A stretch of 64,000 bases of DNA, from positions 3,392,001 through 3,456,000 of the forward strand of contig CAVOFT010000001.1 of NCBI GenBank assembly GCA_963695095.1, given 5' to 3'. Shown here in pieces: positions 42,251 through 51,982 of this stretch (position 1 is the stretch's first letter; each line of letters opens with the position of its first letter). This DNA is from an uncultured bacterium (lineage in GTDB: Bacteria > Krumholzibacteriota > Krumholzibacteriia > JACNKJ01). The notes under the pieces were generated by a model. It did not search any database. It was not told the DNA's origin and saw only the letters and a list, made by a program, of their open reading frames with translations. A program made the translations under genes and the position numbers.

Positions 42251-43927
42251 ATGGAGACCAAGAGCGCGGGTCGCCTCGGCGAAATCCTCCTCGCGGCCGG
42301 CTTGATCAGCCCCGAGCACCTCGAGCTGGCGTTGCGCGAACAGGGGCAGACCGGCGAGAAGCTGGGCGCCATCCTGCAGCGGCTGGGCGTGGTCACCGAG
42401 AAGGAGATCGCGCGCATCCTCGCCAGCCAGGCGGGCGTGCCCCACGTCTCCTTGCGCGAGGAGTGGATCCAGCGCGAGGCCGTGGACCTGATCCCGCCCA
42501 GCTTCGCCGAGCAGGAGCGGGTCTTCCCCATCACCATCCGCGGCAAGACCCTCGTGCTCGCGATGGCGAATCCCCTCGACCTCGAGTGCATCGACGCCGC
42601 CGGCCGGCTGACCGGACACTACATCGAGGTGGTCCATGCCACCGATAGCGACATCCAGGCGACGCTGCAGCAGTACTTCGGCAGCCGCAGCGACATCGAC
42701 GCCCGCATCGACCAGGCCCTGGCCTCGTCGCGGGCGAACCTCGCGGCCGGCGCTCGCGCCGCCGACGGCGACTCCCCCTTCGTGCGCCTGGTCGACCTGC
42801 TGCTGGGCAAGGCGGTCGAGCTGGGCGCCACCGACATCCATGTCGAGCCGGAGGAAAAGGTCATCCGTTGCCGCTACCGCATCGACGGCCGGCTGCGGCA
42901 AGGCCATTCGCTGCCCAAGGAGCTGCAGAGCGTCCTCATCACGCGCTTCAAGATCCTGGCCGGCATGAACATCTCCGAGGCGCGCGTGCCGCAGGACGGG
43001 CGCATCCTCTTCGAGCACGAGGGGCGCAAGATCGACCTGCGCGTGTCCTCCTTCCCCACCGTGCACGGCGAGACCTTCGTCGCCCGCCTGCTCGACAAGC
43101 AGAACCTGCTGGTCGGCATCCAGGGGCTCGGCATGAGCAAGAAGATGCTCCCGGCCTTCACGCGTGATCTGGCGCGGCCCAATGGCATCATCCTGGTAAC
43201 GGGGCCCACGGGCTCCGGCAAGACCACCACGCTCTACTCGGCGATGCAGCACCTCAACGCCCCCGACGTGAAGATGATCACCCTGGAGGACCCGGTCGAG
43301 TACGAGTTGCCCCTGATCAACCAGGGCCAGATCCAGACCGCCCAGGGCTTCACCTTCGCCCGCGGCCTGCGCGCGATCTTGCGCCAGGACCCGGACATCA
43401 TCCTGGTGGGCGAGATCCGCGATCAGGAGACGGCCAGCCTTGCGATTCGCGCGGCGCTGACGGGGCACCTCGTCTTCAGCACCCTGCATACGAATGACGC
43501 GGTGGGCGTCATCCCCCGCCTCGTCGACATGGGGGTGGAGCCCTATCTGCTCTCGGCCACCCTGGTCGCCGTGGTGGCCCAGCGCCTCGTGCGCGGCGTC
43601 TGCCCGGTCTGCCGCGTCAGCATCGAGCCCACGCCCGAGCAGCGCGAGCTGCTGGGCCTGGACGACGCGGCGCTCGCGGATGCCACCTTCACCGCCGGCA
43701 AGGGCTGCCCAAGCTGCAACGATTCCGGCTACAAGGGCCGTCTGGCCGTCTTCGAGTACCTGCAGGCGACCGAGCCGGTGCGCCGCATGATCGCCGAGCG
43801 CGCCCCCACGGACGCCATCGTGGCGGTGGCGCGTGAGCAGGGCATGCGCAGTCTGCGCGAGGACACCCTGGCCAAGGTGCTGCGCGGCAAGACCACGCTC
43901 GTCGAGATGATGCGGGTCGTGGCATGA
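42251..43927 (+). CDS. GspE/PilB secretion ATPase
   Basis: ATDIHVEP, PQDGR, GPTGSGKTTT, LRQDPD, GHLVFSTLH, CxxC...CxxC. Confidence 0.93.
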   Translation: METKSAGRLGEILLAAGLISPEHLELALREQGQTGEKLGAILQRLGVVTEKEIARILASQAGVPHVSLREEWIQREAVDLIPPSFAEQERVFPITIRGKTLVLAMANPLDLECIDAAGRLTGHYIEVVHATDSDIQATLQQYFGSRSDIDARIDQALASSRANLAAGARAADGDSPFVRLVDLLLGKAVELGATDIHVEPEEKVIRCRYRIDGRLRQGHSLPKELQSVLITRFKILAGMNISEARVPQDGRILFEHEGRKIDLRVSSFPTVHGETFVARLLDKQNLLVGIQGLGMSKKMLPAFTRDLARPNGIILVTGPTGSGKTTTLYSAMQHLNAPDVKMITLEDPVEYELPLINQGQIQTAQGFTFARGLRAILRQDPDIILVGEIRDQETASLAIRAALTGHLVFSTLHTNDAVGVIPRLVDMGVEPYLLSATLVAVVAQRLVRGVCPVCRVSIEPTPEQRELLGLDDAALADATFTAGKGCPSCNDSGYKGRLAVFEYLQATEPVRRMIAERAPTDAIVAVAREQGMRSLREDTLAKVLRGKTTLVEMMRVVA

Positions 43928-45117
43928 AGGAGTTCCGCTATCGAGCGCTCAGCGCGAGCGGCGAGACGGTGACGGGCATGCGTCAGGCTGCCAACGTGGC
44001 GGCGCTGGCCCGCGACCTCACTGCCCAGAACATGATCCTGATCGATGGGCGGCCCTCCCTGCGCCTGTTCGGCGGCGGCCGCGTGCGACGCCGCGATCTG
44101 CTCGATTTCACGCTGCACATGGCCACCTCGCTGGGAGCGGGCATCCCCGTCATCCAGGCTCTGCGCGACGCCGAGGCGGGCATGGCCGGCCAGGGTTTCG
44201 CGCGCGTGATCAAGGACCTGCGCGAGGAGATCAGCAGCGGCAGCCAGGTGGCCGAGGCGATGAGCCACCACCCGGACGTGTTCCCCCAGCTCTACCTGGC
44301 CCTCATCTCGGCCGGCGAGAGCTCGGGCAACCTGGACGGCACGCTCGCCGAGCTGGTGCGCTATCTCGAGTGGGCCGACGACCTGGAAGGCAAGGTGAAG
44401 CAGGCCCTGATCTACCCGGCGATCCTGGCCACGGCGACGCTGGGGCTATTCCTGCTCATGATCATCTTCGTTATTCCACGCTTCATGGAGGTCTTCCAGG
44501 AGCTGGACTACCAGCTGCCCACGCTCACCCTGCGCGTGCTGGCCACGGGCGCCTTCTTTCGCCATTGGTGGCCCTTCCTGTTCGGCGGCGTGGCGGCTCT
44601 CGTCACCGGGCTGCGCATGCTCGCCCGCAGCGAGCGCGGCCGCCTGGCGCTGGATCACCTGCTGCTCAATCTGCCCATCGTCGGCGGCTTCCAGCGCAAC
44701 CTGGCGCTGTCTCGCTTCGCGCGCAACTTCGCCATGCTCTTCGCTTCCGGCATCGACATCCTGCGCGTGCTCGCCCTGCTCGAGCGCGTGGTCGGCAACA
44801 GCGTGCTCGCCGCGGAGATCGCCACTGCGCGCCAGCGCGTGGTGACCGGCGACACCCTGTCTCGCGCCTTCGCCGACAGTCCCTACTTTCCGCCCTTGCT
44901 CAAGCGCCTGATCGGGGTCGGCGAGCAAGCCGGCAGCCTGGACAAGACACTGGCCAAGGCCGCCGAGTACCTGGACAAGGAGCTGCCGCGCGCGATCAAG
45001 CGCCTGTTCACCCTGCTCGAGGCGGCGATCATCGTCGTGCTCGGCGCGCTGATCGCGATCAGCGCGCTGGCGATGCTCCTGCCCATCTTCCAGATCCAGG
45101 GGCAGTTGATGAAATGA
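43924..45117 (+). CDS. GspF/PilC inner-membrane platform protein
   Basis: AGESSGNLD, ALIYP, VGEQAGSLD, AMLLPIF. Confidence 0.92.
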   Translation: MKEFRYRALSASGETVTGMRQAANVAALARDLTAQNMILIDGRPSLRLFGGGRVRRRDLLDFTLHMATSLGAGIPVIQALRDAEAGMAGQGFARVIKDLREEISSGSQVAEAMSHHPDVFPQLYLALISAGESSGNLDGTLAELVRYLEWADDLEGKVKQALIYPAILATATLGLFLLMIIFVIPRFMEVFQELDYQLPTLTLRVLATGAFFRHWWPFLFGGVAALVTGLRMLARSERGRLALDHLLLNLPIVGGFQRNLALSRFARNFAMLFASGIDILRVLALLERVVGNSVLAAEIATARQRVVTGDTLSRAFADSPYFPPLLKRLIGVGEQAGSLDKTLAKAAEYLDKELPRAIKRLFTLLEAAIIVVLGALIAISALAMLLPIFQIQGQLMK

Positions 45118-45941
45118 AGAAGACCCTGCGCACTCGTCGTAACTCGGGCTTCACGCTGCTGGAAGTCATCATCGCCATCGCCATCATCGGCATCATGATC
45201 GGCGCCGTGGCGCCGGTGGCGCATCGCCAGCTCGTGGCGGCCCGCGAGGATGCCACGCGCCTGGAGCTGGACCGCCTGCGCGCGGCCCTGGCCGCCTACT
45301 ACGAGGACATCGGCGCCTTCCCCGGCGAGGGCGTGGGCCTGGCCGCCCTCGTCGGCGCCAGCGGGCCCGCCGGCTGGCAGGGCCCCTACATCGAATCCGG
45401 CGGTGATGACCCCGCCGCCGCAGTGGCCAATGACGCCTTCGGCCAGCCCTACATCTACGATCTCGCGCCGAACGTGCTGCCGGCCGGCGCCGCCGACCTC
45501 ATCGTGGCCAGCCCCGGCGCCAATCGCCGCAATGAACTGCTGGCGGGCGGCACCTGGAATCTGGCCAACGCTGCGGCGGTGGACGACATCGCGCTCGCCA
45601 TCACGACCGGCCCGCTCGATCGAGACAAGCGCCTCGGCTCGCTCGCCGAACTGGAGGCTCTGGCCGGCGGCGCGCGGCGCCACTACCAGGACCACAGCAG
45701 CTTCCCCGCTGTGCTCGCGGACTTGTCGGGCAGCTACGTCGATCCCGGCTTCGCCAACGACAGCTTCGAGGACGACTGGCGACAGTCCTATCGCTCGCGC
45801 ATCGAGGCCCTGGGGGGCGGCGCCAGCCGCTTGATCCTCTGGAGCCTGGGCCCAAATCACACGGATGAAAACGGCACCGGCGACGACCTCAGCTACGAGG
45901 TCAACAGCAGCGCGATTCCGCCGCCGGGGGGTAGCCCGTGA
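45114..45941 (+). CDS. Pseudopilin with two tandem GspG-like globular domains
   Basis: G|FTLLEV; WQGPY..DAFGQPY..SPGAN, then a second DDWRQSY..SLGPN..GDDL. Confidence 0.75.
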   Translation: MKKTLRTRRNSGFTLLEVIIAIAIIGIMIGAVAPVAHRQLVAAREDATRLELDRLRAALAAYYEDIGAFPGEGVGLAALVGASGPAGWQGPYIESGGDDPAAAVANDAFGQPYIYDLAPNVLPAGAADLIVASPGANRRNELLAGGTWNLANAAAVDDIALAITTGPLDRDKRLGSLAELEALAGGARRHYQDHSSFPAVLADLSGSYVDPGFANDSFEDDWRQSYRSRIEALGGGASRLILWSLGPNHTDENGTGDDLSYEVNSSAIPPPGGSP

Positions 45942-47419
45942 TCCGGCGCGCTGAAGCCTACTGCCTCGCCGCCCATGCCGAGGGCTTCCTGGCCCTGTCG
46001 CTCGGCCGCGGGGAGGCCGGCGGCTATCGGGTCAACTGGCTCGAAAGCCTGCCTGCCGGACGGCCCGGGGCGGCGCCGCACTGGCGCGAGCTGACTCGCG
46101 CGAGCCGCCGCCTGCTCTTGCTGCTGCCCAACGATAGCTGCCAGCTCTTCCACGCGCGCTTGCCCGAGATGAAGCCCGAGCTGCAGCGCCTGGCCGTGGC
46201 CGGCATGCTGCAGAAGCAGCGAGGCGGCAACCCCGATCACTGGAGCGTCGCCGTCCGTCGCCGCGAGGGCAGCAAGGGCGCGGACGGCCGCCTGCTCGTG
46301 ACCGGCCTGGCCCTCGAACGGCCGGCCCTGGGCAAGCTGCTGCAGCCGCTGGCCGGCAGCGACCTCTATCCCGGCCTCGGCCTGCCCCAGGCCCTGGCGC
46401 TGGACGCCCTCCTGCGCCGCGAGCTGCGCGACGCAGAGCCGGGCAGCGGGGCCTGGAACCTCGTCTTCCTTGGCCGCGAGGAGCGCTTCCTCGTCATCGG
46501 CGATGCGCAAGGACCACACCTCGTGCGGTCCCTGCCGGCCGACCTCTCGGGCGGCACGGACCGCGACGAGTACCTGGAGCGTCTGGGCACGGAGATCGAG
46601 CGCTCCCACTTCTTCGCCCAGCAGGGCGAGCAGGGGACGCGCGTCGAGCGCGCACTGGTCTGCGGAGACCCCGAGTTGTCCGCGCACCTCGTGCAGCGCC
46701 TGGCCAAGGCCGACGGCCTGCTCGCCCAGCACTGGCAGCCCGAGCAGAACTTCAAGGTGGCGGACGCGGCGGCGAGCTGGGAATTCCTGCCCGTCCTGGC
46801 CGGCGCGGCGGCGGCGCTCGAGGGCGCGCTCTTCAACGTCATGCCCCGGCGCCGGCAAGACGGCGCCCTCTGGCACCTGCGCCGCTACGCGATCACCGGT
46901 GGCGCCGCCTGCTGCCTGGGCATCCTGCCCCTCGTCGGCGGCGGCGGCGAGCTCACTCGCCACCTGCAGTCTCAGGTGCTCGAGCAGCAGACACTGCAGC
47001 TGGAGCAGAGCCGGCTGGCAGCCGAGGCCGCCGCACGGAACTACGTCAAGCAGGTGGGGCTGCTGGCGCGCCAGGCGCAACTCGATCGCTACTCGCCGGA
47101 GGAGACCCCGCTGGGGCCCCTGCTCCGGGACATCGCCGCGCGTCTGCCCGGCCCGGTGCAGCTCGTGGACCTGGACATCGTTCGCGACGAGAACGGCGTC
47201 TACCGGGTCACCCTGCGCGGGGAGAGCCGCGGGCGCACGGGCGAACAGGCCCAGGCAGCCTTCCTCCAGTTTCACGCCGCCCTGGCGGGCACGCCCTTTC
47301 TCGAGGGCGGCGCCGAGCCCATCGTGCTCCAGATCGATGGCGAGCGCGACGACGAGGGCAGCGAGTCGCGCGTGAGCTTCGAGCTGCGCTACCGCTTGCC
47401 GGCAGAGGTGAAAGGATGA
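45938..47419 (+). CDS. PilM/PilN (GspL)-like alignment-complex protein
   Basis: Operon position; EIERS.HF...VCG actin-like remnant, TM, then periplasmic V.L.G domain. Confidence 0.55.
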   Translation: MIRRAEAYCLAAHAEGFLALSLGRGEAGGYRVNWLESLPAGRPGAAPHWRELTRASRRLLLLLPNDSCQLFHARLPEMKPELQRLAVAGMLQKQRGGNPDHWSVAVRRREGSKGADGRLLVTGLALERPALGKLLQPLAGSDLYPGLGLPQALALDALLRRELRDAEPGSGAWNLVFLGREERFLVIGDAQGPHLVRSLPADLSGGTDRDEYLERLGTEIERSHFFAQQGEQGTRVERALVCGDPELSAHLVQRLAKADGLLAQHWQPEQNFKVADAAASWEFLPVLAGAAAALEGALFNVMPRRRQDGALWHLRRYAITGGAACCLGILPLVGGGGELTRHLQSQVLEQQTLQLEQSRLAAEAAARNYVKQVGLLARQAQLDRYSPEETPLGPLLRDIAARLPGPVQLVDLDIVRDENGVYRVTLRGESRGRTGEQAQAAFLQFHAALAGTPFLEGGAEPIVLQIDGERDDEGSESRVSFELRYRLPAEVKG

Positions 47420-48069
47420 AGCTCGCCTTGCCGCCGCGCCTCCTGAAGCCGCCCGTGCTCATCGCCCTGGGCGCCCTGCTCTGGCTGCTCGCCATCTCCT
47501 TCTTCGTCTGGCCCTCCCTGCGCACCAGCAGGCAGCAGGCGGCGGAGATCAGCGCCTGCGACGCCCGCGCGGCCAGCCTTGCCCGTTGGAATGGCGGCCG
47601 CGCTCTGCCGGCCGCCGAGGCGGCGCGCTGGGAAGCGACGCTCGGCGCGCGCTTCGAGCAGCTCTTCCCCCGCGAGCGTCGCCTGGAGCAGCTCTTCATG
47701 GAGATCGCGACCATCGCCAACGAGAGCGGGGTCGATCCCGTGCAGTTGCGCGCGGACATCGGCGCCGCGGCCGACGGCGAACGCAAGGGCGAGTTGCGCA
47801 GCGCGCGCGGCACGGCCGTCCAGCTCGAAGACCTGGAGGCCCTGGCCGCCACGCTCGGCCTCGCGCCCGGCGACCGCCCCGTCAGCGATCTGCGCGCCTA
47901 CCGGCTGCAGGTCAACTTCGATGCCGACTACGAGCATCTAGCCCGTTTCACCGATGCCCTCGGCACGCTGAGCCGGGCTGTCTGCATTCGCAATCTGCAA
48001 GCGCGTCGCGGTAGCCGCGGCGTCGCCGTGCAGATGGAGCTGGAGTACTATGTCCAGGAACGGAACTAG
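47416..48069 (+). CDS. PilO/GspM-like protein
   Basis: N-terminal TM; C-terminal ADYEHLARF...LSRAV.I..L. Confidence 0.65.
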   Translation: MKLALPPRLLKPPVLIALGALLWLLAISFFVWPSLRTSRQQAAEISACDARAASLARWNGGRALPAAEAARWEATLGARFEQLFPRERRLEQLFMEIATIANESGVDPVQLRADIGAAADGERKGELRSARGTAVQLEDLEALAATLGLAPGDRPVSDLRAYRLQVNFDADYEHLARFTDALGTLSRAVCIRNLQARRGSRGVAVQMELEYYVQERN

Positions 48070-48607
48070 GATCACCCAGGATCCCCGCCTGATGCTGGCC
48101 GTCCTCGCGGTACTCGCCGGCTTGTTGGCCATCAACTTGCGCGAGTTCCTGCCCCAGGGCGCCGCCGCTGATCTCGCCATCGCTGCGGATGCGGAGACGC
48201 TGCCGCCCCCCGGCGATCTCAAACGCGTCGGCGCGGCCCTGCGGGCCTGTCTCGCCGCCAGATCCGACAGTCTGGCCTTGCCCCGGCCGCCGACCTTCGC
48301 CCGCAATCCCTTCGCCTACAGCGCGGCCACGCTGGCCTTCACGCCGCCCAGCGCGCCGCCGATCGCCCCCCCTCGCAGCGCGGAGGGCCCACAACTGCGC
48401 TGCTCGGCGGTGATCCTGGGCGCGAGCGTCGCGTCCGCCATCATCGACGGCCGCCTGGTCGGCCTGGGCGACGCCCTCGGCGGCTACCGCGTCGTGGACA
48501 TCAGCGCCGAAGGCGTCACGCTGCAGGCCGAGGGCCGCACGCGGGTGCTGGCGGTGAAGCGGACGCGGGGCGAGGGCGCCGTGGGCGTCCCCATCGCCCG
48601 AGACTGA
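48050..48607 (+). CDS. PilP/GspC/MshK-like accessory protein
   Basis: RNPF motif, AIIDGRLV..GD...GYRVVDI...V.L. Confidence 0.5.
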   Translation: MSRNGTRITQDPRLMLAVLAVLAGLLAINLREFLPQGAAADLAIAADAETLPPPGDLKRVGAALRACLAARSDSLALPRPPTFARNPFAYSAATLAFTPPSAPPIAPPRSAEGPQLRCSAVILGASVASAIIDGRLVGLGDALGGYRVVDISAEGVTLQAEGRTRVLAVKRTRGEGAVGVPIARD

Positions 48608-48643
48608 GCTTGCCCGCGTGCGCGGGCCCGAAAGGATGAACGC

Positions 48644-50167
48644 ATGAGGATTCACGCCGCCCTCTCGCTTATCGCGCTCGCCCTGCTCACGTCGGGCCGT
48701 GCCAGCGCCGACATCGATTTCGCCATCCGTCAACTCGTGACGGAGGCTGCCCCGGCCGCCGCACCGGCGCCCGCGGCCACCAGCGAGGTCGCCGAGCCGC
48801 GCGTCACGCTGATCACCGGCGACTGGGTGGACATCCGCGAGGTGCTCAAGACCGTCGCCAAGAGCGGCGGCTACGGCCTGCAGATCGCCCCCGATGTCGA
48901 GGGCCAGGTGAACGTGCACCTGGATAACGTCGCCTTCGGGGCGGCTCTGCGCGCGCTGCTCGAGCCCATCGACCTCGGTTACGAGCTGCAGGACGGCACG
49001 CTGCTGGTCTACCGGCGGGGACTGGTGACGCGCTGGTTCAACTTCGACTACCCGGTCACGCAGCGCGAGGGCAAGGGCGAGCTGCGCATCTCCGGGCGCG
49101 GACAGAGCCAGAGCGCGGGGGGCGGCAGCCAGGATCAGAACGAGAGCCACGTCACCAGCAGTGCGGCGATGGCGATCTGGCCGGAGATCATGCAGGCGCT
49201 GGAGACCCTGGTCTTCGACCAGAACCGCAGCGAGTCGGCGGCGGCGAACACGGGCCAGTCGCTCAGCATGGCCGACGGCGAGGGCCGCTCCCTGCTCGTG
49301 AGCCCGATGGCGGGAGTGATCCAGGCCACGGCAGAGGTCACGCGCCTGCGCCAGGTGGAGGGCTACCTCGACCGCATGCGCAGCGCGCTGAGGCGGCAGG
49401 TGGCGATCGAGGTGAAGATCCTCGAAGTGGCCATGAGCGACGAGGAGCGCAGCGGCATCGACTGGACCGCCGTGGGCGATGAGGACGGCGTCTCGGTGCA
49501 GGCTCGCCAGCGCACCGCCGAGGGCCTGGGCAATCCCTTCTTCGACTTCGTGATCAGCGGCAGGTCGGTGTCCGGCCTGATCGAAGCCGTGAGCAAGCAG
49601 GGCACGGTCAAGGTGATCAGCACGCCGCGCATCACGACCCTGAACAACCAGAAGGCCGTGGTGCGCATCGTCACCGAGGAGGTCTTCTACGACGCTCAGG
49701 TGGAGCCGCCCGTGGTGACCAACGGCGTCATCACGCCGGCGGTGATCGCCTACTCGGCCAACATCATCCCCATCGGCTTCGTTCTCGACGTGACGCCGCA
49801 GGTGGGCCTGGACGAGATGATCACGCTCAACGTGCACCCGACGGTGACGGACATCCTGCGCATCGAGCTGAGCCCCAACGAGGACTCGGCGCCCGTGCTC
49901 AGCGTGCGCGAGCTGGACACCGTGGGCAAGGTGAGGGACGGCGAGACCCTGGTCATTGCCGGCTTCGTGACCCACAGCACGAACGACCAGCAGCACGGCG
50001 TGCCCTTCCTCAAGGACCTGCCCTACATCGGCCGCCTCTTTCGCCGCACGGTGACCAAGCAGATCGAGACGGAGATGGTGATGCTGCTCACGCCGGTGAT
50101 CCTGGACGCCGAGCGGGCGGCGGCCTGGACGGAGCAGGCCGAGCGAAGCCTGGGCGAGAGATTCTAG
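48644..50167 (+). CDS. Secretin (GspD/MshL-like)
   Basis: QVAIEVKILEV, GIDW, STPRITTLNNQKA, LDVTPQV, DGETLVIAG, VPFLKDLPYIGRLF. Confidence 0.92.
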   Translation: MRIHAALSLIALALLTSGRASADIDFAIRQLVTEAAPAAAPAPAATSEVAEPRVTLITGDWVDIREVLKTVAKSGGYGLQIAPDVEGQVNVHLDNVAFGAALRALLEPIDLGYELQDGTLLVYRRGLVTRWFNFDYPVTQREGKGELRISGRGQSQSAGGGSQDQNESHVTSSAAMAIWPEIMQALETLVFDQNRSESAAANTGQSLSMADGEGRSLLVSPMAGVIQATAEVTRLRQVEGYLDRMRSALRRQVAIEVKILEVAMSDEERSGIDWTAVGDEDGVSVQARQRTAEGLGNPFFDFVISGRSVSGLIEAVSKQGTVKVISTPRITTLNNQKAVVRIVTEEVFYDAQVEPPVVTNGVITPAVIAYSANIIPIGFVLDVTPQVGLDEMITLNVHPTVTDILRIELSPNEDSAPVLSVRELDTVGKVRDGETLVIAGFVTHSTNDQQHGVPFLKDLPYIGRLFRRTVTKQIETEMVMLLTPVILDAERAAAWTEQAERSLGERF

Positions 50168-50256
50168 CGCCCTTGCGGGAGCACCGGCCGAGGGGCTAGG
50201 CTGGAGCGTCCGGTGCGAAGGCGCCGGCGCCGAGCCCAAGCCCTTGCGAGCCTGCC

Positions 50257-51981
50257 GTGAAGCCTCGTCTGCTCATCCCCGTGCTGCTCGTCCTCGCCGT
50301 CGTCGCCGTCTACGGCCCGACCCTGGGCTTCGACTTCGTCAACTTCGACGACCCCGACTACGTGAGCGAGAATCCCATCGTCCAGCGCGGGCTGAGCGGC
50401 GAGGGCCTGCGCTGGGCCTTCACCACGTATCATGCGCAGAACTGGCATCCGCTCACCTGGGTCTCGCTCATGCTCGACGCGCAGCTCTTCGGAGCGAAGA
50501 GCGCCCGCGGCTTCCACCTGACGAACCTGCTGCTGCACGCCCTGAACGCCCTGCTGCTCTTCTGGCTGCTGCGCGCGCTGACCGGAGCGAGCTGGCGGAG
50601 CGGCCTCGTGGCGGGCCTGTTCGCCCTGCATCCCCTGCACGTGGAGTCCGTGGCCTGGATCGCCGAGCGCAAGGACGTGCTCAGCCAGGCCCTCGCCCTC
50701 GGCGCCACCCTGGTCTGGCTGCGCTGGGCGCGCGGCGGCCGCACGCGCGACTACGCGATCGCGCTCGCTCTGCTGGCCCTCGGTCTCATGGCCAAGCAGA
50801 TGCTGGTCACGCTGCCCCTGCTCTGGCTGCTGCTGGACTTCTGGCCGCTGGGCCGGCTCTGCAGCGCGGCCACGCGGCGGCAGGCGGCGGGGGTTGCGCG
50901 GCGCCAGGCTCTGCTCGAAAAGCTGCCCGCGCTGGCCCTCAGCGCCGGCGCCATCGCGCTCACCCTGGGCGCGCAGACGCGGCGCGCGGCGCTGCTGCCC
51001 CTCGACGATCGGCTCGCCAATGCGGCCGTGGCCTACGCGCGCTACCTGGGCAAGCTCTTCTGGCCGCATCCGCTCTCGGCGCTCTACCCGCACCCTGCGA
51101 TGGCGGGCGGGGAGCCCCTGGCCACCTGGCAGGTGGCGGGCGCAGCGCTCCTGCTGCTCGCCCTCAGCGCTGCCGCCTGGCGCTGGCGGCGCGAGGGCTG
51201 GCCCCTCGTCGGCTGGTTCTGGTTTCTGGGCGCGATGCTGCCCGTGATCGGCGTCGTGCAGGTGGGCGAGCAGGCCATGGCCGACCGCTACGCCTACCTG
51301 CCCTACATCGGGCTCTACATCCTCCTGGTCTGGGGCGCTGCCGCCCTGGTGGAGCGCGGGGGCAAGCGCTGGCGCGAGCCAGCGATCGTGCTGACCCTGC
51401 TCGCGCTCGGCGCCTGCCTGATCGGCGCGCGGGCGCGGGCGGGCGTCTGGCGGGACAGCCTGACCCTCGGCGAGAGCGCCGCAGCGGTGGCGCCCGTACA
51501 TCCCAAGATGCTCTACAACCTGGGCCTGGCCTATGCCGACCTCCACCGCTACCCCGAGGCCGCGGGCAGCTTCGCAGCCGCGATCGCGATCGCGCCGGAC
51601 TACGCCAAGGCGCTGAACAACCTGGGCCAGACCTACGAGGCCATGGGCAAGCTCGATGGGGCACGAGGGGCCTATGCAGCGGCCCTCGCCAAGGATCCCG
51701 ACTTCCTCCTCGCGCACGTGAATCTGAGCCGTCTCCTGGCGAAGACGGGCGACCTCGCCGGCGCCATCGAGGCGCGCCGCCGGGCGGTGGCCCTCGACCC
51801 CGAGGACGCCGCCGGGCGCAACAACCTGGGCGCCCTGCTGGCGCAGGCGGGACGGCTGGACGAAGCCGTGACGCAGTTCCGCGCCGCGCTGGCCATCGAG
51901 CCCGGCAACGCCGAGGCGCGGCGGAATCTGGAAATGGCGCTGCGCCTGATTGCGCAGCAGCGCAGCGCGCCGCAGCCCTAG
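50257..51981 (+). CDS. TMTC-like GT-C glycosyltransferase with C-terminal TPR repeats
   Basis: FVNFDD, WHPLTW, FHLTNLLLH, LHPLHVESVAWIAERKD, ADRYAYLP, TPR repeats. Confidence 0.85.
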   Translation: MKPRLLIPVLLVLAVVAVYGPTLGFDFVNFDDPDYVSENPIVQRGLSGEGLRWAFTTYHAQNWHPLTWVSLMLDAQLFGAKSARGFHLTNLLLHALNALLLFWLLRALTGASWRSGLVAGLFALHPLHVESVAWIAERKDVLSQALALGATLVWLRWARGGRTRDYAIALALLALGLMAKQMLVTLPLLWLLLDFWPLGRLCSAATRRQAAGVARRQALLEKLPALALSAGAIALTLGAQTRRAALLPLDDRLANAAVAYARYLGKLFWPHPLSALYPHPAMAGGEPLATWQVAGAALLLLALSAAAWRWRREGWPLVGWFWFLGAMLPVIGVVQVGEQAMADRYAYLPYIGLYILLVWGAAALVERGGKRWREPAIVLTLLALGACLIGARARAGVWRDSLTLGESAAAVAPVHPKMLYNLGLAYADLHRYPEAAGSFAAAIAIAPDYAKALNNLGQTYEAMGKLDGARGAYAAALAKDPDFLLAHVNLSRLLAKTGDLAGAIEARRRAVALDPEDAAGRNNLGALLAQAGRLDEAVTQFRAALAIEPGNAEARRNLEMALRLIAQQRSAPQP

Positions 51982-51982
51982 G

